In this document: piece after piece, positions 1-11,578 of the stretch | Layout of the letters: each line of letters opens with the position of its first letter | How positions within the stretch are numbered: the stretch's first letter is position 1 | Assembly: GCA_964016885.1 (NCBI GenBank) | Contig: OZ024749.1 | Location: forward strand, 12,586,001-12,650,000 | Direction of reading: 5' to 3' | DNA from: Eledone cirrhosa | Lineage: Eukaryota | Length of the DNA stretch: 64,000 nucleotides | Program-made: the position numbers and the translations under genes | The notes under the pieces: model-generated | The model's input: the letters and a program-made list of their open reading frames with translations, nothing else | What the model was told of the DNA's origin: nothing | The model's database searches: none

Positions 1-357
1 TGGAATTGCTGGCTCAGCGGTGTGGTGGAATTGCTGGCTCAGTGGTGTGGTGGAATTGCTGGCTCAGTGGTGTGGTGGAATTGGTGGCTCAGTGGTGTGG
101 TGGAATTGCTGGCTCAGTGGTGTGGTGGAATTGGTGGCTCAGTGGTGTGGTGGAATTGCTGGCTCAGTGGTGTGGTGGAATTGCTGGCTCAGTGGTGTGG
201 TGGAATTGGTGGCTCAGTGGTGTAGTGGAATTGCTGGCTCAGCAGTGGTGGAATTGGTGGCTCAGTGGTGTGGTGGAATTGGTGGCTCAGTGGTGTGGTG
301 GAATTGCTGGCTCAGTGGTGTGGTGGAATTGCTGGCTCAGTGGTGTGGTGGTGTGGT
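1..357. repeat. 25-bp minisatellite (TGGAATTG[C/G]TGGCTCAGTGGTGTGG)n, ~14 copies, runs off window edge
   Basis: Direct reading of tandem units; explains the repetitive ORFs at 6-433. Confidence 0.95.
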
Positions 358-394
358 GGTATCACAGAATTGGCGGCTCAATGGTGTATTGGTA

Positions 395-560
395 TACTTG
401 AATCAGTTGCTAAGTGGTGTAAATGCTCAGTAAAGCATACTTATATTTTTTTCTTTTTATGTCCACAGTTGAAATCCAAAGTCAAATTCTGCCTTTCATC
501 ATCTGGTTGTTAAAATAAAGTACCAGTTGTGCACTGGGTCCATTTAATCAACTGTAACCC
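395..560 (+). mobile_element. Degenerate tRNA-derived SINE (family D)
   Basis: Contains 'gcctttcatcatctggttgttaaaataaagtaccagttgtgcactggg', a decayed form of the block in the 3941-4125 copy. Confidence 0.6.
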
Positions 561-1019
561 CTGTCACTATGTTAGAAATAAATGCTGATGTTATTAATTA
601 TATCAATTGATTGGGATGAAAATAGATAGTTGAAAGAGTTATAGGAATTATGTTAATGAGATGAAATTAATGAACCAATATTAAAGTGATATTATAGTTG
701 CCGTAGCAACTGAAGTGACATGAAATATAATTATCCACATGAAATATAATTATCAAATAAACAACAACAACAATGATAACAGATGATAATTTCTTTGAAT
801 TAGTTTGGTTTGACAGGTTTACAAATTTATCAATTCATATTTTTCATATACTCTGATATAACACAACCAACCATACACACACACACACCCAAACATGCTC
901 TAATAATTACAGGACATATAAACCCACTGGATGGAAAAAGATGGGCATCAGCTCACATGGAAGGTGAAACCACACATCTTGCTTGTTTGCCAGTGAAAAA
1001 GAAGTGTGGGTTTGACTCC

Positions 1020-1077
<58 letters not shown>

Positions 1078-1097
1078 ATATATATATATATATAATA

Positions 1098-1447
1098 TTA
1101 GGATTGGTGCTCTGAAATAGCGATGTATACATGAATGTATGTATAGTATATTTGGCAATATACTGTATGTTTAATTAAAAACATTTTGAAGACCATACGC
1201 TATCAGGTTTTAAAGTAGTGACTATGTCACTTACTTCTTTTCGGTGAAAGAAGCCAGAGAAGCTAACAGTCTGTTTCATGCTGTTTAGCGATCACCAGAG
1301 CCACGCACTCCTTCTTCCGCCGAAAATTATAGAAGCTGGATTCTTATAGAATTCTAGTAATAATCAGGAGCTGATTATACAGAGCAATTGCCGGTCCATC
1401 AAAAATTAAGTACTAGGATTGGTGCTCTGAAATAGCGATGTATACAT
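1098..1447 (-). repeat. ~316-bp tandem unit with a degenerate hammerhead motif (Penelope pLTR/retrozyme-like); second unit interrupted by an RTE and continuing at 2484-2570
   Basis: 1098-1220 is repeated as 1414-1447 + 2484-2570; hammerhead-like motif on the minus strand at 1263-1300. Confidence 0.6.
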
Positions 1448-2453
1448 AAGACTGGCTGTCCATGGGAACTTCTCTACGCTGACGATCTGGCTCTTATAGC
1501 AGAATCAGTAGAGGAGCTAGAGAATAAATTCCGGCTATGGAAACAGCAGTTGGAAGCAAGAGGACTGAGAGTAAATCTAGCTAAGACAAAAGTGTTGATG
1601 AGTAGAAAAGAGGACAAAACCCTGATTCTGTCAGGGAAATGGCCATGTACGATATGCAGAAAAGGAACTGGCATAAATTCTATAAAATGCACACAATGCA
1701 GGTCCTGGGTACACAAGAGATGTAGCGGGATAGCAGGCAAACTAACAGGTAGGGAGAAATATGTATGCAGTAGATGTACAGGGAAATTAGACAGTAGAAG
1801 TCGCACTGATAGACACATTTTTCAAATGCGAGAGGGCGCTATAGAAGTGGTGGATAGCTTCCGGTACCTAGGAGATCAGATTAGCATGGGAGGAGGGTGT
1901 TCCGAGGCCATAGTATCTAGAATAAGGACGGGTTGGAAGAAGTTTAGGGAGCTGCTTCCTCTGTTGACGAAGAAGGGTTTCTCCCTGCGTACGAAAGGCC
2001 GGTTGTATGATGCCTGTGTGAGGAGCGCGATGCTGCATGGTAGTGAGACATGGGCAGCAACCGCAGAGGATATGCGACGGCTGGAGAGAAATGAGGCAAG
2101 TATGCTCCATTGGATGTGCAGTGTAAATGTGCGTGAACGACCCAGCATAAATGTGTTGAGAGAGAAACTGTGTCTGAGAGGGATAGAATGTAGTGTACGG
2201 GAGAGGAGACTGAGGTGGTATGGACATGTGATGCGCATGGAGGATGACCGATGGGTGAAGAAGTGCCAAGAAATGCCAGTTGAAGGAAGACGTGGTAGAG
2301 GTAGACCACGAAAAACATGGGCGGAGGTGGTGAGAACAGACCTCAGATCATTGAAGCTCACGGTGGAGATGACGAGGGACCGTGACGAGTGGAGAGATGC
2401 TGTGCTGAATAAGACCCGTCCCACCCTTGCAAGCAGGGAAAAGCGGACGTAAA

Positions 2454-2483
<30 letters not shown>
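1447..2483 (+). mobile_element. 5'-truncated RTE-clade LINE, subfamily A (RT C-terminal half with PHD finger, (GAT)n tail)
   Basis: Open frame from 1448 [13 protein letters not shown]...FRYLG...RLRWYGHV...GRGRPRKTW to stop at 2452; (GAT)n tail; apparent 4-bp TSD ACAT (1444-1447/2484-2487), supported by the uninterrupted paralogous site near 1128. Confidence 0.95.
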
Positions 2484-2484
<1 letters not shown>

Positions 2485-2764
2485 CATGAATGTATGTATA
2501 GTATATCTGGCAAAATACCGTATGTTTAATTAAAAACATTTTGAAGACCTTACGCTATTGGTTTTAAAGTATAGAAAAGAAGACATAAAAACGATGATGA
2601 TGATATATATATATATATATATATCATCAACATCATCATCATTTCCATTTAGCATTAATTCTTCCATGCTTTCACGATTTCATGGCTCGCTAATGCTGAG
2701 AGGCAAGTCTGGCCAGGGTTGGCAATGACTGTAGATTTGGCCACATAAATCACAGTTAGATGCC

Positions 2765-2821
<57 letters not shown>

Positions 2822-3057
2822 CATACACACATATACATTTTGTTATGACACCAGCACTAACACTTTGCAGACTGTATGGAGTAGATTTTATCAGGGCACC
2901 AGCACTAGAGAGGTTGGGCTAGGCAGAAGTGCAGAAGTGTCCTCTCAGATCCTATATAGTAACTATTTAATTGCCAAACACTGTAGGTTCCAGTCTCTCA
3001 ATATCTTTCCTTTTTTGTACTGATGGATGAGTCTTTTATATAATGTTGTATCTCCAT

Positions 3058-3212
3058 AAAAGTGGCAAGTTGGCAGAGTAGTTAGAACATTAGATAGAAT
3101 GCCTTGTGGTGTTCATTATGGCTATCCTCTCTCTGAGTTCAAACCCCACCAAGGCCAACTATGCTGTTCATCCATTTGAGGTCGATAAAAAAAGTACCAG
3201 TCTAGTACTGGG
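3058..3212 (+). mobile_element. Degenerate SINE family D
   Basis: 'ttggcagagtagttag...ctgagttcaaacccc...ttcatccatttgaggtcgataaaaaaagtaccag'. Confidence 0.7.
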
Positions 3213-3569
3213 TTATTTCTTTCTCTATATCTCTTTCTCACTTCCATTCTCTGGAAGAAATCAGCTGTATTCAGACCTGGCAGGGGATGAGCTCTGGCAG
3301 GCTTAAAATGCCCAAGAAACACTGTATGCAACTACAGCACCCCTTTGACTCCATCAGGAGTTACTTGACCATACCAAGCCATACCATTCCACCAGTCAGT
3401 TTGGTCATGTGTCATCACCTTTGTGAGCTTGAATTATATTTACTAAACATCCACCATATTGTTAATTATTTTTTTAATTATTTGAAATTTATAGGCAATG
3501 ATTTAAGGTAGAACTGACTGCTATTATTAGCATGTCAAAGTCAACCAAATCTAGAGATCACAGCTACAA

Positions 3570-3795
3570 TACAATGGACATGTGGTTAGAATGTCTCAAG
3601 AAAGAATTGTTGGACAGATTTTTACAGGCAAAACCAACCAGCAGGAAACCCAGGGGTAGACCCTGAGCAAGATGGTTGGGCTTGACTGGTTTCGCCTGGG
3701 AATCCAGCTAGATCAATTGGAGATGGCTACTTCTAACAGGAGCTGCTGGAAGGCATACTTGAGGATTCTGTCCCATAACTCTCTCAGGAGAAAGA
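3570..3795 (+). mobile_element. Old 3' fragment of a third RTE-like LINE (related pieces at ~28595-28722 and ~48640-48775)
   Basis: Decayed GHVVRM...RKPRGRP...LGIQ...W coding remnant followed by a simple-repeat tail; similar sequence at two other loci. Confidence 0.6.
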
Positions 3796-3940
3796 GCAGC
3801 AGCAGTAGTAGCAGCAGCAGCAGTAGCAGTACCCACTGTCCAAATTGAATCTGTGAAATTATGTATTTCAAGCTCAGTAGTAATTATGTTAGTGTCCAGG
3901 GGAATAATTGTGAGAGAACTGTATTGTTGGCTAATTACCA

Positions 3941-4125
3941 GGTAGTGTTTGAATTGGCAGTATCGGTGGAGGGTCGGACATGCTTTCCAGCATAGTTACG
4001 GCCCTTTAAGATCTGAGTTCAAATCCCACCAAGGTTAACTTTGCCTTTCATACATACGGGGGTCGATAAAATAAAGTACCAGTAATGCACTGGGATAATT
4101 GCTGGCCTTGTGCCAAAAGTAGAAA
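3941..4125 (+). mobile_element. tRNA-derived SINE family D
   Basis: A-box-like TGGCAGTATCGG, B-box GAGTTCAAATCCC, central GCCTTTCAT...GGGGTCGATAAAATAAAGTACCAG; multiple copies in window. Confidence 0.85.
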
Positions 4126-4273
4126 CAGTTATAATACTTAGTGGTTTTCAGGAGGAGAAGAAGAAGAAAAAAAGAAGAAACCATATAGAGGTTTTCCTTG
4201 TTTAAGTTACAAGAAAAACATCTCAACTGAAAGGAAAAAAAAAGATAAAAGAAAAAGTGTGAAAGAAACTTAC

Positions 4274-4439
4274 GTATATATGAATTCCACACATCGTTGA
4301 ACTCCTTATTATATGGTTGACATGCATGGATAGTTTTAGTACAATATTCAGTGCAGGGTTTCTTGTTAGGTACCTGGTTACAGCGTTGACAATGCATCAT
4401 CTGGGCCATTTTAAAGCTACAGTGCTTACTGGGTTCTAT
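4274..4439 (-). CDS. GPC6: Glypican (GPC4/6, dally-like group) internal exon, equivalent to vertebrate GPC6 exon 4
   Basis: CAG acceptor at 4442-4440 and GTAAG donor at 4273-4269; 166 nt, phase 0 to 1. Translates IEPSKHCSFKMAQMMHCQRCNQVPNKKPCTEYCTKTIHACQPYNKEFNDVWNSYI with the glypican CxxC...PCxxYC...C...W pattern; in frame with the 29075-29466 exon. The symbol marks the closest vertebrate group, not proven one-to-one orthology. Confidence 0.93.
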
Positions 4440-4583
4440 CTGTAATTAGAAATAGGCTTTTTAGAATAGTGGGTTTTCAGGATTTCCTGAGGTCTATAGA
4501 AAAAAAATTAAGGTGGGTTCCACAAGAGAGGGTGTTTTCTAATACTTTTGATGTTTATTTATTTGTTTAATCAATTTAAATGA

Positions 4584-5250
4584 CCGTATAGAACTAGTAA
4601 GTCATGACAGACTAGGGGGGAGGGAGTATCTAGTACTTCTTATAGTTGAGAAACAAAAGACGTCCGTATAGAGCTAGTAAGTCATGACAGACTAGGGGTA
4701 TCTAGTACTTTTTATAGTTGAGAAACAAAAGACGTCCGTATAGAGCTAGTAAGTCATGACAGACTAGAGGGAGTATCTAGTACTTCTTATAGTTGAGAAA
4801 CAAAAGACGTCCGTATAGAGCTAGTAAGTCATGACAGACTAGGGGTATCTAGTACTTTTTATAGTTGAGAAACAAAAGACGTCCGTATAGAGCTAGTAAG
4901 TCATGACAGACTAGGGGGAGTATCTAGTACTTCTTATAGTTGAGAAACAAAAGACGTCCGTATAGAGCTAGTAAGTCATGACAGACTAGGGAGAGTATCT
5001 AGTACTTCTTATAGTTGAGAAACAAAAGACGTCCGTATAGAGCTAGTAACTCATGACAGACTAGGGGGAGTATCTAGTACTTATAGTTGAGAAATAAAAG
5101 ACGTCCGTATAGAGCTAGTAACTCATGACAGACTAGGGGGAGTATCTAGTACTTCTTATAGTTGAGAAACAAAAGACGTCCGTATAGAGCTAGTAAGTCA
5201 TGACAGACTAGGGGGAGTATCTAGTACTTCTTATAGTTGAGAAACAAAAA
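4584..5250. repeat. 72-79-bp minisatellite, ~9 copies
   Basis: Unit CCGTATAGAGCTAGTAAGTCATGACAGACTAGGGGGAGTATCTAGTACTTCTTATAGTTGAGAAACAAAAGACGT; starts at ~4585, 4664, 4736, 4811, 4883, 4958, 5033, 5105, 5180. Confidence 0.95.
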
Positions 5251-5502
5251 ACAAAATAGACAGTATTAAAATAAAAATAAAAAATAAAATAGAATATATT
5301 TAAATAGGGAAAGCCAATGGGAGGTAAAATAAGCATAAAAAAAAGAAAAATGTGAAGCAAAGGAATCTTTAAAGCAGCTAGAAGGTTCTGTTAAATCTTT
5401 TTATAACCTCCATGTACTCAAAGATTTTGTTTATAGTTGGTAGATCTTTTACAAACCTGGCAAATTGGCTCTGGTTCTATGAAACAAAACCACGCATTCT
5501 AA

Positions 5503-6080
5503 CCGCTTAGCATTTATGTTACTCTATATTTACTATTTCATGGTAAAGGCTTTATGTCACTTAATATCGAATCTACGAGATTTTGATATTTATTTTGAGA
5601 AAAATACCTTAACATTAGTATGAACAGCCGGTTTGAATATAAAGAGGTGAGAGAATTCTGGCCAGATACGGTCGGTTTAGATGCTAAAGGGTTAATGAGT
5701 TCCTATATAAATTCAAATCTTCCAACATAATAGTTAAGTTACTATCTAAGTAATGAATTAATCAATGATTTTAGTAAATTACTCATTAATTAATTGAAGT
5801 AGAGTGAATTTCATAAGAAATATACTCACTAACCCTTTAACATTCACATTACTCTATATATACTATTATATTCACATTACTCTATATATATTATTATATT
5901 TTCATGGTAAAGGCTTTATCTCGTATAATTATCTCACATAATATCGAATCTATAAGATTTTGAAAGTATTTATTTTGAGAACAATACCTTAACATCAGTT
6001 TGAGCAACCAGTTACAACCAGTTTCAACAGAAAGAGGTAGAGAATTCTGGCTGGTTTTGGCCGGTTTGAACATTAAAGGG
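5503..6080 (+). mobile_element. Two copies of a ~200-250-bp piggyBac-type MITE (5503-5691, 5833-6080), probably a local tandem duplication
   Basis: CCCTTTA...TAAAGGG termini with TTAA-like flanks; the downstream flank 'gttcctat.taaatt.aaatcttccaaca' is also duplicated. Confidence 0.8.
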
Positions 6081-6687
6081 TCAAAGAATTAAAAAGTTCC
6101 TATTTAAATTTAAATCTTCCAACAATTTCATATAAGAATCGTATATCAAGTTACTATTTTAGTAATGAAATAATCAATAACCTTTATTTACAAAACACAG
6201 TTTAAAGAGGAAGGAAGAACATTTAGGTTGAAAAGAATGGAATTTAAAATAGGAAAATATAAAGAAAAAAGAGAAAAAAAACCCCCCAGGAAAGTAAGGA
6301 AATGTCAAGGACTCTAGTACTGTGGGGAGGGAGATTGAGATCTGGGCCTAGGGCACAGCGGTAAAGGAGTTGCGCCCTGCAGACAAGACCACAAAAGCAT
6401 TCCTGGGAACAATGACAGCCGCTGCAACAGACCCCACCCCACCTTCTGGAGCTCCCTCCTCAGATGGGCCTAATTGTGAGTACTTTGCTTTTGTATTTGT
6501 TTTGCAAGAATTTTTATCTGAAAACTTGAGTTGAAACCGTTGTTGTTACTGTTGTACTTTGGTAGGGTCATGCTGCCAATAAAAACACATGCACCTGTTG
6601 GTTTTCACTTCAATTTATTATTATAATTTCCTGTTGGTTAGTTTAATAAGTGGATGTTTGTTTATTGGTTGATTAGTAACAAAAGTA

Positions 6688-6730
6688 GTCACTGAGGAGG
6701 TCAGAGAATGTGTGACGAAAGAGCTTTGAC
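6688..6730 (+). ncRNA. Candidate minimal type-I hammerhead ribozyme with intact core
   Basis: GUCA-CUGAGGA-G-GUCA(gagaaugug)UGAC-GAAA-G(ag)C-UU-UGAC: stem I 4 bp, stem II 4 bp, minimal stem III, CUU triplet; AATAAA ~10 nt downstream. Confidence 0.6.
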
Positions 6731-6791
6731 AATCAACAAATAAACAACCATTTGGTTATTAAACTAACTAACAAGGAAATTATAATAATAA

Positions 6792-6980
6792 AGGAATGAT
6801 TGACTTTCTTCAAATCGGACCGAGGAAACAATGTTCCATTGATCTTTCCAATTGTTAATACTATCTATCAGTCGCAACTCCGGGTAAAAGGAGCAACGTG
6901 AAATAAAGTGTCTTGCTCAAGGACACAACGCATCGCCTGGTCCGGGAATCGAACTCACAACCTCACGATTGCGAATCCAA
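6792..6980 (-). mobile_element. tRNA/CORE-like SINE family C (5' end missing)
   Basis: Reverse complement of the 22017-22240 element. Confidence 0.85.
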
Positions 6981-7084
6981 AATAATAATAAATTCAAGTG
7001 AAACCCAGCAGATGCATGTGTTTTTATTAATAGTCAGTTGGCATCCAATTCTTGCAAAACAAATACAAAAGCGAAGTACTCACA

Positions 7085-7454
7085 AACCTACTACAGTCAG
7101 TAGGCATCTCTAACAAAATACACCCCGTCCCACCACCCCCACCCCATCCACACCACCCCTTTCAATGTAAAGTTATGTTGGTGCCACAACATCCAGGCCG
7201 AAACAAATGAGATCGTGTAGGTGTCACGACAAAAAAACACACAGTCCACGCTGTAATGTGGCCGTGTAGGCAACACGGTAAAAACCTTCCAGTCCCACAC
7301 TGTAAATGTGGTTGGTGTTAGGAAGGGCATCCAACTGTAGAAAACCCGCCAGACAGTCCTATGCGAGCAAGACAACCACTCTTGCCTCAAGTGGGAAAAC
7401 TCCCGTCCAAACCCATGCAAGCGTGGAACATGGACGTTAAACGATGATGATGAT
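7085..7454 (+). mobile_element. 3'-UTR-only copy of RTE subfamily B
   Basis: Matches the ~400-bp UTR after the stop codon of the RTE-B copies; ends GGACGTTAAAC(GAT)n. Confidence 0.9.
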
Positions 7455-7967
7455 GAGAGAGTATTTCATTTGATATATGGTTATGAAATGGTTAATGAAA
7501 TTTGATAAAAAAATTATTACTGTATGAACTCATAAGTTGCATGTCATCTTTTGTGTTTCTAAATATTTTAGCTTCATTATCTGTAGTGTGGTTGATGTTA
7601 AGAAAGGCATCCTACTGTAGAAGCCCTGCCAAAAGGGTTGTGAGGACTCTTCAGTTGTGTCAAGGACAAAACTGCCTCACTAGTGCTGGTGACATGATAA
7701 AATACACCCAGTACACTCTGTGCACTCTGTAAAGTGGTTGCTGCTAAAAAGAGGCATCCTGCTGTTGAAACCATGACAAAAAGGTTGTGAGTCACAGACA
7801 ACAATATCTCTAGTTCTTGTGCAACAAAAATGCCAAAAAAGGGGTGGGTGGGTGGGTGAGAGAACTTTTCAGCTATGTCAAGGGCATGATAAACTCCTTG
7901 GTGTTGATGCTACAATGAAATACACCTAGTACACTCTGTAAACTTCTGGACCATATGTAATTAAGTG

Positions 7968-8805
7968 GCTGTTGATGGGAGTGGTGATGATAATGATGAT
8001 GGTGGTGATGGCAGTGATGATGGTTTGTGATGATGATGAAAATGGTGATGGTAGTGGTGGTGATGGTGATGGTGATGGTAGTGGTGGTAATGATGAAAAT
8101 GATGATGGTGATGGTAGTGGTGGTAATGATGATAATGATGATGATGATGATGATCATCATGGTGATAGTGGTGGTGTGTTGTTTTTTGTCTAGGAAAATA
8201 ACCCTGATGAGATAAGAGGTTAGAGAAACAGGCTGGGATGCTTGGCATGGTGGTGGTGATGGTGGTGGTGATGGTGGTGGTGATGGTGGTGGTGATGGTG
8301 GTGGTGGTGGTGGTGGTGGTGGTGGTGATGGTGGTGGTGGTGGTGGTGATGGTGGTGGTGGTGATGGTGGTGGTGGTGGTGATGATGGTGGTGGTGGTGG
8401 TGATGGTGGTGGTGATGGTGGCGGTGATGGTAGTGGTGATGATGGTGGTGGTGGTGATGATGGTGGTGGTCATGATGGTGATGGTGGTGGTGATGGTGGT
8501 GGTGGTGATGGTGGTGGTGGTGATGGTGGTGGTGGTGATGATGGTGGTGGTGATGATGGTGGTGGTGATGATGGTGGTGATGGTGGTGGTGATGGTGGTG
8601 GTGATGGTGGTGGTGATGGTGGTGGTGATGGTGATGGTGGTGGTGATGATGGTGGTGATGGTGGTGATGGTGGTGGTGATGATGATGGTGGTGGTGGTGG
8701 TGGTGATGATGATGGTGGTGGTGGTGGTGGTGGTGGTGGTGATGATGGTGGTGGTGGTGGTGATGGTGGTGGTGATGGTGGTGATGGTGGTGGTGACGGT
8801 GGTGT
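7968..8805. repeat. Mixed (GGT/GAT)n trinucleotide arrays
   Basis: Direct reading; source of the poly-V/M/T/H ORFs. Confidence 0.95.
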
Positions 8806-8844
8806 ATCTTGGTGGGTGCTGCTTGTTTTTGTTATCAGTCCTAG

Positions 8845-8977
8845 ATTTGAGAGAGAGATACAATATATATTGAGAGAGGGGAGATAGGGGGAGAGAAAGA
8901 TAGGGAGCTAGTGAGAGAGAGAGAGAGAGGGAGCGAGTGAGAGAGAGAGAGGGAGCGAGTGAGAGAGAGAGAGAGGG

Positions 8978-9019
<42 letters not shown>

Positions 9020-9535
9020 TGATGGTGTGTGAGAATGAGAGATCAATGGGAAGCAGAGAGGTAGAAGAATGTGGAGAGAGTGAAAGGTGTGTAAGAGGAA
9101 TAGGGAGAAGAGGTAGAAGAGGAGAGAGGGGTAGGAGAAAGAAAGGAAAGAGAGGGAGAGAACAGAATTTAAAAGCGGGGGGGGGGGTGCACAAGTATAA
9201 GGGGGAGAGAGAGAAGTGGGTGAGTAGAAATTAAAAGGAGGGGAGAGACACAAATGTTAGAGAGAGAGACAGGGGAGAGAGACGGGGGAGGGGGCAGAGA
9301 GAGCAGAAATTAAAACCAGGAGGGGGGATAGAAAGAAAGAAAAAGAAGAATGAGAGAGATGGGAGAGAGAGATGCACACAAGAGAGAGAGAGAGAGACGG
9401 GGAGAGAATGGAGGGGAGTAGAGATCAAAAGTGAAGAGAGAGACGGGGAGAGAATGGAGGGGAGTAGAGATCAAAAGTGAAGAGAGAGACGGGAGTGGAG
9501 GAGACAACTGTAAGAGAGAGAGGGGGGGGGGGGTA
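8845..9535. repeat. (GA)n/polypurine tract including a ~38-bp unit repeated ~2.5 times
   Basis: Direct reading. Confidence 0.9.
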
Positions 9536-9959
9536 GATTAATAGAATATATGAGACAGAACCAAAGGGATTAACCAAAACCCTTGCAAGGATTTTAAGGA
9601 ATGTTTCCAGAGATTGTTTCTTTATATTCTTTCTTCTTTTTTTTTTTTTTTTTTTTTCAATTTTGTTTTTGTTGTTTTTGTCTTTGTTTTGTTTTTAAAC
9701 CAAAACCAAAGCAAGAATCTTTAGAAGTTTCTGGAATTAGGTAAGAAAGATTAGGTGTAAAGATTATAGCAAAAGGTTCTGGTTTTTGGCAGTGATATCT
9801 AGAATCATCATCATCATTGTCATCATTATCATCACCGTCGTCACTGTCACCACCACCACCACCATCACCACCACCACCACCATCACCATCACCACCACCA
9901 CCATCAGGTTAAGGTTGATTTTCAATGGTGGCACTGGTTAGACAGGATGTTTTGAGATA

Positions 9960-10131
9960 TATTTATACTTATACAGACACACTCACACACACATATACAT
10001 ATATATATATATATATCTATCATCATCATCATCATCATCATTTTACATCCGCTTTTCCCTGCTTGCAAGGCACACATAAACACACACATATATATATATA
10101 CACACACACATACACACATACACACACACAC

Positions 10132-10176
<45 letters not shown>

Positions 10177-10269
10177 CACACACACACATACATACACACA
10201 CATATATATATATACACACACACACATACATACACACATATATATATATATACACACACACATACACCC

Positions 10270-10306
<37 letters not shown>

Positions 10307-10341
10307 TACACACACACACATATACACACACACATACACCC

Positions 10342-10404
<63 letters not shown>

Positions 10405-10416
10405 TATATATATATA
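9960..10416. repeat. (TA)n/(CA)n compound microsatellite containing a ~50-bp RTE-A/SINE 3' tail (10019-10070, minus)
   Basis: (CAT)n-TTTTACATCCGCTTTTCCCTGCTTGCAAGG embedded in the microsatellite. Confidence 0.9.
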
Positions 10417-10913
10417 ATGAGTGGAAGATTAGTAAAATTGAAGTTGTGGCAGTCGGCCAACATCCGCGAAAAAACAATTCGGAATTAGCACAAAGCAGTC
10501 GATAAGAATGTATCGATAAATCGATAGGTTACACCTTAGAGTAATAAACATACGTTAAATAGTGTGACAAATTGAAAACTGTGGTTAAGGGGACAAAGTC
10601 AGCAGATACCACAACAATGAAAATACAATCAGGTTAAATATTGTTGTAGATTACCAGGGTTTTTTCCGTGCGTAGAAAATCAATACTTTATTGCGAAATA
10701 AATACTTTTGTTTATATTTTGTTATTGTGTATGCAAAAAATATCTGTACACGAATATATAATTATATATATATATTAAAATAACAGATTAAAGTTTAAGC
10801 AAAGAATCGCTGCTTTCACCCTTAACAGGATCTTCTGAAACTAAAAAAAATCAATCTGTGAACGCAGAAGTAAATATTCCGAAAATGGTTACACACTATA
10901 TATATACACACAC

Positions 10914-10968
<55 letters not shown>

Positions 10969-11079
10969 CGTCATAATGTCGTAATGCAGACAGACAGATA
11001 TTATAAGGGTGCAACGTTATATCTATGTATCTATCTAAAAAGAAAGACTAAGAATTATAGAAAGAGATCGCTAAATAGC

Positions 11080-11241
11080 CTAATGCGGTCCCTAGGGCAT
11101 TGAAAATTTGAAATATGTTTTGCTCAAAACACTCACAGGACCATAAGTATTACATGTGTAAAGTTTGAAAACAATTGGTTGGATGGTTCTCGAGTTTTAG
11201 GGAGTCAGACAGACAGACATTCTCTGTTTTAGATATATAGA
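11080..11241 (-). mobile_element. Non-autonomous Helitron-like 5' end
   Basis: Minus strand begins A|TCTATATATCTAAAACAGAGAATGTCTGTCTGTCTG, like the 56499 element start. Confidence 0.5.
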
Positions 11242-11578
11242 TTTGCTATTAGTTAGCATAAACTATAGGAATCATCAGAGTTTAATTAAAATTCAAAACA
11301 ATTAATACAATATCAATACAAATCATTCAAGAACAACAGATAACATACATCACTTATCTAATTAAATAGCAGGTCAAATAACAGGGTGTTAGATGTATTA
11401 AAATACTTGAATATTATTTGAAAGAGCAGTAACTTTAATAATAACCTGGAAGATATACAGTTTTATTAAAGCAGTATTCATAGTTTATAAAAACAATCTA
11501 TTAAATTTAACAGGGTTAAAGTCGAAAGATATTTACTGCAGACCTTTGACCTCTGAAATATTCTGAAATACATAAATC

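Larger units (their letters stand above)
6474..7085. mobile_element. Fold-back element (Penelope inverted-pLTR-like) with central hammerhead motif, interrupted by a SINE
   Basis: Arms TTGTGAGTACTTTGCTTTTGTATTTGTTTTGCAAGAATT / AATTCTTGCAAAACAAATACAAAAGCGAAGTACTCACAA plus inner inverted arms; related sequence at 17140-17370, 25447-25480 and 55010-55077. Confidence 0.7.

Noticed and set aside
4584-5250. CRISPR-like array of palindromic repeats
   Set aside because: Units are contiguous with no unique spacers; eukaryotic intron; no cas genes.
7961-9253. Mucin-like poly-Thr/His ORFs (also 30198-30856 and 47692-48504)
   Set aside because: Trinucleotide arrays without splice signals or unique coding sequence.
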